In this document: piece after piece, positions 47,987-56,493 of the stretch | Position numbering within the stretch: the stretch's first letter is position 1 | Layout: each line of letters begins with the position of its first letter | Source: Bacteriovoracaceae bacterium | Lineage (GTDB): Bacteria; Bdellovibrionota; Bacteriovoracia; Bacteriovoracales; Bacteriovoracaceae | Assembly: GCA_048270185.1 (NCBI GenBank) | Contig: JBLWTJ010000002.1 | Span: forward strand, 384,001-448,000 | Direction: 5' to 3' | DNA: 64,000 nt | Translations under genes and position numbers: made by a program | Notes under the pieces: model-generated | What the model was told of the DNA's origin: nothing | What the model saw: only the letters and a program-made list of their open reading frames with translations | Database searches by the model: none

Positions 47987-49864
47987 TTATTGAGGGAATT
48001 CACTTGATAGCCTCTTGTGGATTCTCTCAGCAATCCCCTCTTTGACATTCAATTTATGACTTATTTCAATCACAGATAATTGTGCCAACTCATTGAGAGT
48101 CAAATCTAGATTCTCATGTATCGTCTTCAGTGTCTGCTCACCAATTCCATCAATTTCACTAAACCATGAATTAAAGATACGATCCTTTTCTTTCTTATGG
48201 TGAAGTTTGCGAGAAAAACGGTGGGCCTCATCTCTCATTTGAACAATAATGCGCATAAGAGAAGGAGTCTTTTTTAAGAAGTATGGATTGATTCGATTTG
48301 GAATAATTAGTCTTTCTTCAGAGCTTGTAACTTCCTTATCTTTAAAAGTATCACTCTTACTAGTTTTAATTTTTGCGATACCAACAACTGGTATATCTAA
48401 TTTAAAATCTTTTAAGACTGCTTGAAAACTTGAGACTTGTCCCTTACCTCCATCAACAATGAAAACATCAGGAAGCTTTCCTTTCTTTAAACGACGAGAA
48501 AGAACTTCTTTCATCATAGCAAAGTCATTATTTCCCTCTGGTCGCTCTTCTAAGTGGTAGTAGCGATACTGCGTCTTATCAGGCTTTCCATCGCGAAAGA
48601 CGATTTGCGACGCCGTTGGAGACTTTCCTTGCCAAATAGCAACGTCGTAACACTCTAGTAGTTTTGGTGTCTCTTTCAGTTTCAATAACTCTTTAAGCTT
48701 TCCAAGTCCAATCCAAGGGCCATCAAGATTCTTTACTCGAAAGCGCTGATGTTCTCTCGCATGATCGAATGTTAAATCGTAGAGACTCTTCATTTTTCCA
48801 ATAGGCTTTTGAACTTCAATTTCAATATCCAGAACTTCATTAAAAGCCTCATTAATCATTTTGAGGTCTGCTTTCTTTTCATCGATATAAATACGTGATG
48901 GAAGTTGCTCTTTTGTATTTGAGTAGTATTGAAATAAGAATGTTTGGAAGAGTTCATGATTTTCTTCCTCACTATCACCACGGCCAAAATGATAATTCTT
49001 ATGACCTAGAAGAATCCCTGATCTCATCATATAGATTGAAATATCAACTTCAAGATCACCCACATGATAAGCGACAATATCAAAGTCTCTTTCTGTTGAA
49101 AGTTCTACTGTCTGTCGTTGATAGCCTTTAGAAAATTCTTTTAACTCTTCGATATTATCTCGAATTTCTGCCGCCCTTTCAAAGTGTTCTTTTTCAGCTT
49201 CGGCCATCATTCGTTCTTCTAAAACCTTAATGACTTTTGTCCCCTGTCCTTCAAAGAAATTCATCACATATGATAAATCCTTGTCATAGTCTTTCGCAGA
49301 AATATAGTCCACACATGGAGCTGAGCACTGGCGCATCTGATAAATAAGACATGGCCTCTTTCTACGATTCATCTCTTCAAGAGAACAATCTCTTAGAGAA
49401 AATGACTTTGTGAGAATACGAGATATTTTGTGGATATTACTCCCCGTCGTAAATGGCCCAAATAACTTTACTTTCTTTTTTCGCTTTGGACGTCTCGTAT
49501 AAACAAGCCTTGGAAACCTTTCTGTCATATCAATTTGAATATAGGGATAACTCTTATCGTCTTTTAACTGAATATTGTACTTGGGTGTATGTTTCTTGAT
49601 TAAATTATTTTCTAAGATATATGCTTCAGCATCTGTCTTAGTCATAATAAAGTCAAAGTCTTGAATATGAGAAACTAATATCTGAGTTTTAGGTGTTTTC
49701 TCTGAACTATTGAAATAACTTGATACACGAGATCTTAGATTTTTTGCCTTTCCAATATAGAGAATTTCTTCCACACCAGCACGTTTGCGCTTCATTAGGT
49801 AGCAGCCAGATTTAGTCGGTAAATGTTTGGCCTTCTCAAGAAGATCTAAAGTATTTTTCTTCAT
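47987..49864 (-). CDS. uvrC: Excinuclease ABC subunit C
   Basis: GIY-YIG (GCY..YIGKA.NL..RV.SYF), PKYNI.LKDDKSYPY, Cys cluster, UVR domain, DGGKGQ, RDEAHRF, HhH. Confidence 0.96.
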   Translation of the reverse strand: MKKNTLDLLEKAKHLPTKSGCYLMKRKRAGVEEILYIGKAKNLRSRVSSYFNSSEKTPKTQILVSHIQDFDFIMTKTDAEAYILENNLIKKHTPKYNIQLKDDKSYPYIQIDMTERFPRLVYTRRPKRKKKVKLFGPFTTGSNIHKISRILTKSFSLRDCSLEEMNRRKRPCLIYQMRQCSAPCVDYISAKDYDKDLSYVMNFFEGQGTKVIKVLEERMMAEAEKEHFERAAEIRDNIEELKEFSKGYQRQTVELSTERDFDIVAYHVGDLEVDISIYMMRSGILLGHKNYHFGRGDSEEENHELFQTFLFQYYSNTKEQLPSRIYIDEKKADLKMINEAFNEVLDIEIEVQKPIGKMKSLYDLTFDHAREHQRFRVKNLDGPWIGLGKLKELLKLKETPKLLECYDVAIWQGKSPTASQIVFRDGKPDKTQYRYYHLEERPEGNNDFAMMKEVLSRRLKKGKLPDVFIVDGGKGQVSSFQAVLKDFKLDIPVVGIAKIKTSKSDTFKDKEVTSSEERLIIPNRINPYFLKKTPSLMRIIVQMRDEAHRFSRKLHHKKEKDRIFNSWFSEIDGIGEQTLKTIHENLDLTLNELAQLSVIEISHKLNVKEGIAERIHKRLSSEFPQ

Positions 49865-49939
49865 TATTATTATCTTTTTATTCTCTTTACTTTAACGCCA
49901 TTCACCTTTAAATTGTCCCTATTCACAAAAGGAAAATTC

Positions 49940-50359
49940 ATGTCAAATTTAGGTGTTGGTAAAGAAATTGTAACATATTGTAGCAAGTGTAAGCTCGATC
50001 TTGCTCATTTAATTGTAGCAATGAAAGATATGGAAACTCCATACAAAGTTCTTTGTAACACTTGTAAGACAACACACGCGTATAAAGCAAAGAAAGTTGC
50101 TTCACCAAGTGCTGTTCGTCGAAAGTCACCAACAAAGAAGAGAGTCTCAACAGAAGATAAAATTATCAATATCTGGGAAAAGGCAATGAAAGACCTTGAT
50201 GGTGAACCAATCGCTTATAATATCCGCCAAAAATTTGAAGTTGGAGATGTTATTGGTCACCCAACTTTTGGACCTGGCCTTGTTGATAAGAACCTCGATT
50301 CTAATAAAATCGAAGTTGTTTTCCGCGGATCCATCAAAATTCTTCTTCATAATAAATAA
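49940..50359 (+). CDS. Hypothetical protein: zinc ribbon plus C-terminal Tudor-like domain
   Basis: CSKC..H..CNTC..H; F.VGD.I.HPTFG.G.V.......IEV.F; ATG 49940 after AAGGA. Confidence 0.75.
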   Translation: MSNLGVGKEIVTYCSKCKLDLAHLIVAMKDMETPYKVLCNTCKTTHAYKAKKVASPSAVRRKSPTKKRVSTEDKIINIWEKAMKDLDGEPIAYNIRQKFEVGDVIGHPTFGPGLVDKNLDSNKIEVVFRGSIKILLHNK

Positions 50360-50365
50360 ATAAAT

Positions 50366-50394
50366 AAAAAAAGAGGTTGATAACCTCTTTTTTT
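50366..50394. terminator. Bidirectional terminator-like hairpin
   Basis: A7-GAGGTT-GAT-AACCTC-T-run. Confidence 0.75.
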
Positions 50395-50725
50395 ATTTAT
50401 GCGTCCTTCGTTTGAAATGATGTATAGACACGAGAGAAAGACCTTTAGGTCTTTCGGTTCGCCACAAACGCAACACAAAGAGACTGAGTGTCTCTTTTTC
50501 TATTTATGCGTCCTTCGTTTGAAATGATGTATAGACACGAGAGAAAGACCTTTAGGTCTTTCGGTTCGCCACAAACGCAACAAAAAGAGACAATCAGTTT
50601 CTTTTTTTATTTATGCGCCCTAACTTTTGAAAAGACGTATATACACGAGAGACAAACCTTTAGGTTTGTCGGTTCGCCACAGGCGCCGCCACAAACGCAA
50701 AAAAGCCTTCCATCCGGAAGGCTTT
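50394..50725. repeat. Three tandem structured non-coding repeats, 107-bp period
   Basis: Units start TATTTATGCG at 50394, 50501 and 50608; units 1 and 2 identical over about 82 bp; each followed by a different hairpin. Confidence 0.92.
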
Positions 50726-50753
50726 AAAATATCTCTCTTTCTTTTTTATTAGA

Positions 50754-52559
50754 TTACGGATTCCAATTCATCCCAGCGTTACCACCAATTCCAATGCTGA
50801 ACTGACCATTAAGGGCACCTCCGGCCATTGAACCATAGTTTACACCAGAGTTGTAATACCCAGCATAGTTATTAGCATAAAGGTTCTGCTGTGCATTTTG
50901 CAGGTTCTGATAAAGAGCCTGATTTGCATACATCGCCCCCTGTTGGTTCTGGTAATTTGATTGACCAGCAGCTTGTGCTTGAGCACCATTAATATAGTTT
51001 GAAAATTGTTGTGCTTGGTATTGAGCATTTACATTACCATTTACACCCCAACCGTTACTTCCATTAGATCCCCAACCACCGTTTACACCAGTGTTAAGTC
51101 CCCAAGAAGTACCACCATTCATACCTGGATTATAAATTCCACCGTTGTTTCCCCAACCTCCGTTGACGCCCCAACCACCATTGATATTTCCGTTTCCACC
51201 TGGAAAAGTATTTCCACATGAACATGGTGCTGAAATACACATACAAGCAGCATTTCCACCACCGGCAACTCCGCCAGGATACATCCCACCGTTTACACCA
51301 CCGTTGATTCCCCAACCGCCGTTAACTCCACCACCGGCAGGATAAGTTGGGTATACACCACCAACGCCCCAGCCACCATTAACTCCGCCAGGATACATTC
51401 CACCGTTTACACCGCCGTTGACTCCCCAACCGCCGTTAACACCACCTGGATACATTCCACCAGTATTTAAACCACCGTTAACACCCCAACCAAGATTGAT
51501 TCCAGCATTAACACCTGCTCCTGGATACATTCCCCAACCTGAGCCTGGGTACATTCCATAATTTGGCATTCCACCAATATTAAGACCAAAGTTTACTCCA
51601 GCTCCTGCGCCAGGATAACCAGTCATACCTGGGTACATTCCACCCATTCCATTCATACCTAGGCCAAAATTAGCACCAAAACCAGCTCCGTAACCATTAC
51701 CATAACCAGCTCCATATCCTGGGTACATTCCTCCACCCATTCCGAAGCCTGGATACATTCCGCCCATTCCCATGCCACCCATAGGGTAACCATAACCGGC
51801 TCCACCACCTACACCTAGGTTTGCATTGATTCCAAAACCAACACCATTACCACCAGTAAGTAGTCCGGCCAGAGCTGAACCGGCCATTGAACCAAGCGGG
51901 TTCATATAGATATTTGCAGAAGCGCCGTAACCGCCTCCCATACCGTTTCCGTACATACCATTACCGTACATACCTCCACCGTAAATTCCGCCACCAAAAT
52001 TAGGTCCACCCATTCCACCTAGGAATCCACCAGTGTAACCTTGGCCAAGCCAACCATTTCCAACACCACCGTAAAGTCCACCTGATAGACCTAGTCCACC
52101 AGCGTACATTCCAGAACCGTAACCATTACATGTTGAAAGCATATCTGATTGTTGATCAGCTAGAATTGGGTTTGCCCCTCTTTCTAAATTGTAGTCTAGA
52201 TAATTTGAAACTTGTCCATGACAAGATTTGATTCCATTTTCATAAGCATTTGCCCAGTACTCTTGGGAATCCGCTGCGTGCTTTGTTGAGAAGTAAACAC
52301 TTCCCATGGCAGCTAATGAAGGAATTGCTACTTTCGCTACTTCGGCCCATTCGTTTCGTTCCGGTAGTTTCGGTAAACATTCAACACAGAAGTCTCCACT
52401 ATTTGAGCCTCGAGATGCCCTACTAACACACATTTGCGCATCATCTTCATAACCATTCTCTCTTAACATGAGACAATCGCTAATATCGATTTCGGCGTAT
52501 GCATTGAACATCAGTGCAAATAAAATGATGCTCTTTGTGTTTAAAAGTCTTAACTTCAT
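50754..52559 (-). CDS. Secreted glycine-rich low-complexity repeat protein
   Basis: Probable start MKLRLL (GGAG RBS) with signal peptide; GGMYPG and NGGWGV repeats; Cys clusters; Q/N/Y-rich C-terminus. Confidence 0.85.
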   Translation of the reverse strand: MKLRLLNTKSIILFALMFNAYAEIDISDCLMLRENGYEDDAQMCVSRASRGSNSGDFCVECLPKLPERNEWAEVAKVAIPSLAAMGSVYFSTKHAADSQEYWANAYENGIKSCHGQVSNYLDYNLERGANPILADQQSDMLSTCNGYGSGMYAGGLGLSGGLYGGVGNGWLGQGYTGGFLGGMGGPNFGGGIYGGGMYGNGMYGNGMGGGYGASANIYMNPLGSMAGSALAGLLTGGNGVGFGINANLGVGGGAGYGYPMGGMGMGGMYPGFGMGGGMYPGYGAGYGNGYGAGFGANFGLGMNGMGGMYPGMTGYPGAGAGVNFGLNIGGMPNYGMYPGSGWGMYPGAGVNAGINLGWGVNGGLNTGGMYPGGVNGGWGVNGGVNGGMYPGGVNGGWGVGGVYPTYPAGGGVNGGWGINGGVNGGMYPGGVAGGGNAACMCISAPCSCGNTFPGGNGNINGGWGVNGGWGNNGGIYNPGMNGGTSWGLNTGVNGGWGSNGSNGWGVNGNVNAQYQAQQFSNYINGAQAQAAGQSNYQNQQGAMYANQALYQNLQNAQQNLYANNYAGYYNSGVNYGSMAGGALNGQFSIGIGGNAGMNWNP

Positions 52560-52596
52560 AGTTTTCTCCATAAAAACTTTAACAATCCTCAATGAC

Positions 52597-52624
52597 TTAA
52601 CGACATATTAACAATGAAACTTGA
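52597..52624 (-). promoter_or_regulatory. Possible sigma28 promoter of the Gly-rich protein gene
   Basis: Minus strand TCAAG-N15-GTCGTTAA. Confidence 0.35.
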
Positions 52625-52712
52625 GTAAACTTTGTACTTTTCTCATAAGTTATTGAATTAACTAATTAATATCACGTTTACGAAGCCTAAAAGTCGCGCT
52701 AAATTACGGATT

Positions 52713-53258
52713 ATGGGTAATACTTTTTGGTGGATTCTACTGGCCACTGTCTTAATTTTTGCCACCTATGCCGCCTTCATTATAAGAGGTGAAAAAGATG
52801 TGGCCCTAAAGAATGCGGTAACGTTAGTTTTTCACGGATTAGAAATTCCAATTCCTCCTTGGTGGACGGCCACAACAAATACTGATGAGATGATTATTTT
52901 TGAAAGAACTGATACTCGCTATGAATGGCAATCTCGTTTTTCATTTTCAACAGAAGAATATAAAGACCTGCAAGATGCTTTTGAAAAATTAGCTCTTAAA
53001 CACAAACTTATTTTTGATAAAGATACTTCCATCATTCATGAACCAAGTTCATTTGCTAATTTAAAAAATCAGGGAATCGAAGCACTTCGTGTTGAAGGAA
53101 CAGCAACAAAAGGTCATGAAGATCGTGTTTACTACGATGCGGCCCTATTAAAGATTGAAGATGGTATCGTTATATTAGAAAGTGAGAGCTCTGTATTAAA
53201 TGGTCTGCTTGAAGGGCCGTTTTTTGAACAAGCACTACTGCATATCAAAAAACAATAA
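52713..53258 (+). CDS. Hypothetical membrane-anchored protein
   Basis: N-terminal TM; IP.P.WW motif. Confidence 0.75.
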   Translation: MGNTFWWILLATVLIFATYAAFIIRGEKDVALKNAVTLVFHGLEIPIPPWWTATTNTDEMIIFERTDTRYEWQSRFSFSTEEYKDLQDAFEKLALKHKLIFDKDTSIIHEPSSFANLKNQGIEALRVEGTATKGHEDRVYYDAALLKIEDGIVILESESSVLNGLLEGPFFEQALLHIKKQ

Positions 53259-53266
53259 CATTTCCA

Positions 53267-53391
53267 TTGCTCCAGAGGCAACAAAGCCGGGCTTGAACCC
53301 GGCTTGTTGAATATAGTTTTGAAGTTAAAATGTTGGGGAGCTAGCACTGCAAACAATAGCCCGACTTTGGTCGGCCAATTTTGAAGTTGCT
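53267..53391. repeat. Multi-hairpin intergenic element homologous to 5945-6066
   Basis: Shared left end TTGCTCC(T/A)GAG(A/G)C; 57-bp right part GGGGAGCTAGCAC(C/T)GCAAACAATAG-hairpin-CAATTTTG..TGCT. Confidence 0.8.
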
Positions 53392-53426
53392 TTGAACAAG
53401 CATTACTACATATAAAGAAGATATAA
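53391..53426 (+). repeat. Diverged duplicate of the last 12 codons of 52713..53258
   Basis: FEQALLHIKKI* versus FEQALLHIKKQ* (53223-53258); 29/36 nt identical. Confidence 0.85.
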
Positions 53427-53453
53427 AAAAAAGCTCCGAAAGGAGCTTTTTTT
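53425..53453. terminator. Bidirectional terminator
   Basis: A8-GCTCC-GAAA-GGAGC-T7. Confidence 0.85.
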
Positions 53454-53454
53454 A

Positions 53455-53895
53455 TTAACGAGTTTTAAAAGTTCTAATATTTGAAACGAGGAAGTTATGA
53501 ATTTCTTCATCTGTTCCAAATACGTCATCGATGAACTCACAATCAATTAAGAATGCAGTCATACGATTAGCGATATTGTGAAGAGACTCAACAAGGTAAA
53601 GACCACCAATATTTTCACCACTAAATGATTTAATGATTTCTTTACGAGCGTGGTTAAACATCTCTGACTCTGTCACATCCTCAGGCATATTATCTACACC
53701 CATCTTTTCTTCAACTTCTTCAATTGCTTGATCGCGAATATCTTCGTCAGTTGCTAGACATACACCAAATTCAGTGGCCATTGATTCAATAAGCTTCTCA
53801 CGATTGGCAATATCAAATTCAATAACTCCCTTCTCTTTTAGGGTATTGATTGTATGACTCGCTAAATTTTCGAGTGTTTCAAAATTAGTTCTCAT
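53455..53895 (-). CDS. Hypothetical protein (possibly DUF507-like)
   Basis: Acidic helical 146-aa protein, GGAG RBS; sigma70-like TTGCTT-N17-TAAACT at 53952-53924. Confidence 0.7.
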   Translation of the reverse strand: MRTNFETLENLASHTINTLKEKGVIEFDIANREKLIESMATEFGVCLATDEDIRDQAIEEVEEKMGVDNMPEDVTESEMFNHARKEIIKSFSGENIGGLYLVESLHNIANRMTAFLIDCEFIDDVFGTDEEIHNFLVSNIRTFKTR

Positions 53896-53995
53896 TTACT
53901 GCTCCAAATGTGTAATCTCTTTAAGTTTAACGACTTGCCAAGCATCAAGCAAGAGAAATACTGTAAGAAACTTGGAATTTTCCAACGAGTCAAAG

Positions 53996-55588
53996 CTACT
54001 TTTTACGAAGAAGCTTATTAAGGAAGCGCTGAATTAATACATAATCCCCTAAGACACTAAGCACAATAATATAAGCAACTCCACCTGCAACGGCCGCGAA
54101 AACAAAGGCCATCAGATTATCAAGAGTCGATGAAATATTAGTTGGAAAATATCCACGAATAGTAACAGTCACAAAATAAGCACAGATACTACTAATCCCT
54201 ACTTTAAAGAAGCGAAGTGGAAAAAAGAAGTTCAACTTTAGATCAAGAATTCTAAAGAGAATAATTGATTGAACAACGATGATAAAAATCATGGAAACAG
54301 ATGTTCCCATTGCTAATATTTTAAATCCATATTGATCAACAAGACTAAAACAGAAGATTATATTAATCGCCACTGAAAGAGATGAGATGATAACCGGAAT
54401 CTTTGGTTTATCTAGTGTATAAAAACTTGGAGAAAATACTTTATAGAGTCCATAAAAAGGTAAGCCTATTAAGTAAGCGTATAAAGCCTCTGTCACCATT
54501 TTTGTATCATCAAGTCCAAATGCTCCCCTTTGAAAAGAGATGGCCACACAATCTTGGGCAAGAGCAAACATTAAGGCCATCGCCGGAAGAAGAACAAATA
54601 GACTTGTTATATAACTTGTTTGTAGTGCACTCTTCGCTTCCTCTTCTTTTCCACTTCTCCAAAGTTCAGAAAAATACACAAGGTTTGAGTTACCGATTGA
54701 GACACCTAAAATCCCCACGGGAAACTGAAAAAGTCTAAATGCATATTGGAGCCAAGATACGGCACCTACAATTGTTCCCGTAGCAAGAAATGTTGAAACG
54801 AGTAAATTAATCTGAGTTGCAGCAACACCAATTGTTCCAATACTCATTCTTTTTAATATTTCTTTTACATCGTTTGAAAATAAATTAAGGCCACTAAACT
54901 TTAGAAGCCCCTTACGCGCAAGCATAGGTACTTGAACAAGCATTTGTAAAAGACCACCAACAAAGACACCAATTCCAAGAGAGACGATCGAATGATATCC
55001 CCTCGACTCTAATAAAGTAGGCATCGTCACCATCGAAATAATCATAATAATATTAAAGACGGCCGGTGCCATGGCAGGCGCAAAGAACATCTTATAGGTG
55101 TTTAGAACTCCCATAAATAAAGCCGCAATTGAAACGAAGGCCAAGAATGGTGACATCACTCTTGTTAGTAGAATCGACATTTCAAAGCGATTTTGATCAC
55201 GAGTAAATAATTCATTAGTTAAGAGTTGAATAATCTCTGGTGCAAAAATAAAAATCAGAACACAACAAAGAGAAGTAATTGCCAACAGAACAATGGCCAT
55301 GGACCATAGTAGCTTTCTTGCATGATCACCTTCATCATTTTTAGCTGATGTAAAAATTGGAACAAAGGCCGATGAGAAAGCACCTTCTGCAAAGAGGTCT
55401 CTAAGCATATTAGGAATTCTAAAAGCGATTTGATAGGCATCAGTTAGCCCTGATGCTCCAAAGAGTTTGGCCATTAAGATTTCACGGGCAAAGCCCAAGA
55501 CTCGACTCGAGAGTGTTGCGATGGCCATCTTCAATGAAGATAATAAAAAGTTCTTCCTATGTGCTTGTGTCATTTCAATATTTTGCAC
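53996..55588 (-). CDS. murJ: Lipid II flippase MurJ (MviN)
   Basis: SRVLGF.RE, DAY.IAFRIPN.LR.LFAEGAFS.AFVP, L.YA.RL.QFP.G. Confidence 0.95.
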   Translation of the reverse strand: MQNIEMTQAHRKNFLLSSLKMAIATLSSRVLGFAREILMAKLFGASGLTDAYQIAFRIPNMLRDLFAEGAFSSAFVPIFTSAKNDEGDHARKLLWSMAIVLLAITSLCCVLIFIFAPEIIQLLTNELFTRDQNRFEMSILLTRVMSPFLAFVSIAALFMGVLNTYKMFFAPAMAPAVFNIIMIISMVTMPTLLESRGYHSIVSLGIGVFVGGLLQMLVQVPMLARKGLLKFSGLNLFSNDVKEILKRMSIGTIGVAATQINLLVSTFLATGTIVGAVSWLQYAFRLFQFPVGILGVSIGNSNLVYFSELWRSGKEEEAKSALQTSYITSLFVLLPAMALMFALAQDCVAISFQRGAFGLDDTKMVTEALYAYLIGLPFYGLYKVFSPSFYTLDKPKIPVIISSLSVAINIIFCFSLVDQYGFKILAMGTSVSMIFIIVVQSIILFRILDLKLNFFFPLRFFKVGISSICAYFVTVTIRGYFPTNISSTLDNLMAFVFAAVAGGVAYIIVLSVLGDYVLIQRFLNKLLRKK

Positions 55589-55645
55589 TAGCCTACTAAG
55601 CTTTACAAGTTGCCAATGAGACTAATATTTTCTAATCTTAGCGCC

Positions 55646-56179
55646 ATGGAAAAGACAATTAATCACATCGAGACAAAGAGTGCTGTTAGCTGGGACGAAT
55701 ATTTTATGTTACAGGCCATCATGGCAAGTTATAAAAGTAAGGACCCTGCCACGAAGGTCGGATGTGTCTTCGTTGATGATAATAACCACCAAATAACTTT
55801 TGGTTACAACGGATTTGTTGCGGGAATAGACGAAGCAAAACTTCCATGGGGAAAAGAGAGGACTGTTCCACTTGAACATCAAAAATATGGCTATGTTGTA
55901 CACGCGGAGGCCAATGCTATCCTTCACTCAAATCGCCCACTGTCTGGCACAACATGTTATGTGACACTCTTTCCATGCCACGAGTGCGCTAAGCTTCTGG
56001 CCTCTTCAAAAATCAAAGAAATCGTATACTTACAAGATAAACACGCCGGAACTGAATCCAATCGTATTTCACGTCGCATCTTTGATCTGACTGGTATCAC
56101 ATACCGTCGTCTCGATCTTGGAGAACACGTTCTAGACTCACTCATTGCACATTTTACAGACGCTTTTTACCGCGACTAG
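55646..56179 (+). CDS. dCMP deaminase family (ComEB-like) zinc deaminase
   Basis: WDEYFM, SKDP.TKVG, GYNG, HAEANA, YVTLFPC.EC; exact start uncertain (55610-55646). Confidence 0.9.
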   Translation: MEKTINHIETKSAVSWDEYFMLQAIMASYKSKDPATKVGCVFVDDNNHQITFGYNGFVAGIDEAKLPWGKERTVPLEHQKYGYVVHAEANAILHSNRPLSGTTCYVTLFPCHECAKLLASSKIKEIVYLQDKHAGTESNRISRRIFDLTGITYRRLDLGEHVLDSLIAHFTDAFYRD

Positions 56180-56206
56180 AACATGGCGTAAATTCTCGGA
56201 TTACCC

Positions 56207-56235
56207 TAGACAAGTTTGACTGATAAAACTATAGT
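56207..56235 (+). promoter_or_regulatory. Sigma70 promoter of feoAB
   Basis: TAGACA-N17-TATAGT. Confidence 0.6.
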
Positions 56236-56250
56236 AAGCCCATTCAGACA

Positions 56251-56493
56251 ATGGAGAAATATATGGTTTTATCTAAAGTAAAAAAAGGCGCAAGTGTTAG
56301 GATTCTATCTTTTGAGAAAGAACTTAAGCACAAGACAATTATGACAGGACTTGGAATTCTTCCGGGTGATTCAATTGAAGTTGTGGCACCATCATTTTTA
56401 GGATCTCCATTAACACTTAGACTTACTGACGGTGAAACTGTAGCTCTTCGTTTAAGTGAAGCTAATTATATTAATGTTGAGGAAATGCTGTAA
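56251..56493 (+). CDS. feoA: Ferrous iron transport protein A
   Basis: LGILPG..IEV....LG.P.....ALR..EA..I.VE; TAATG coupling to feoB. Confidence 0.9.
   Translation: MEKYMVLSKVKKGASVRILSFEKELKHKTIMTGLGILPGDSIEVVAPSFLGSPLTLRLTDGETVALRLSEANYINVEEML

Noticed and set aside
50394..50725. CRISPR array
   Set aside because: Constant part about 82 bp and variable part about 25 bp and self-complementary; only three units; no cas genes in the window.
50394..50725. c-di-GMP-I (GEMM) riboswitch or tRNA genes
   Set aside because: Minus-strand GGCGAACC...GGACGCA and plus-strand GGTTCG are only superficially similar; no second GEMM hairpin, no cloverleaf, and the array lies between convergent gene ends.
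50488..50727. 79-aa ORF
   Set aside because: Translation of the DNA repeat; GTG start within a hairpin, no RBS.
56215..56245. Fur box upstream of feoAB
   Set aside because: Only a TGATAA half-site; no matching inverted half.
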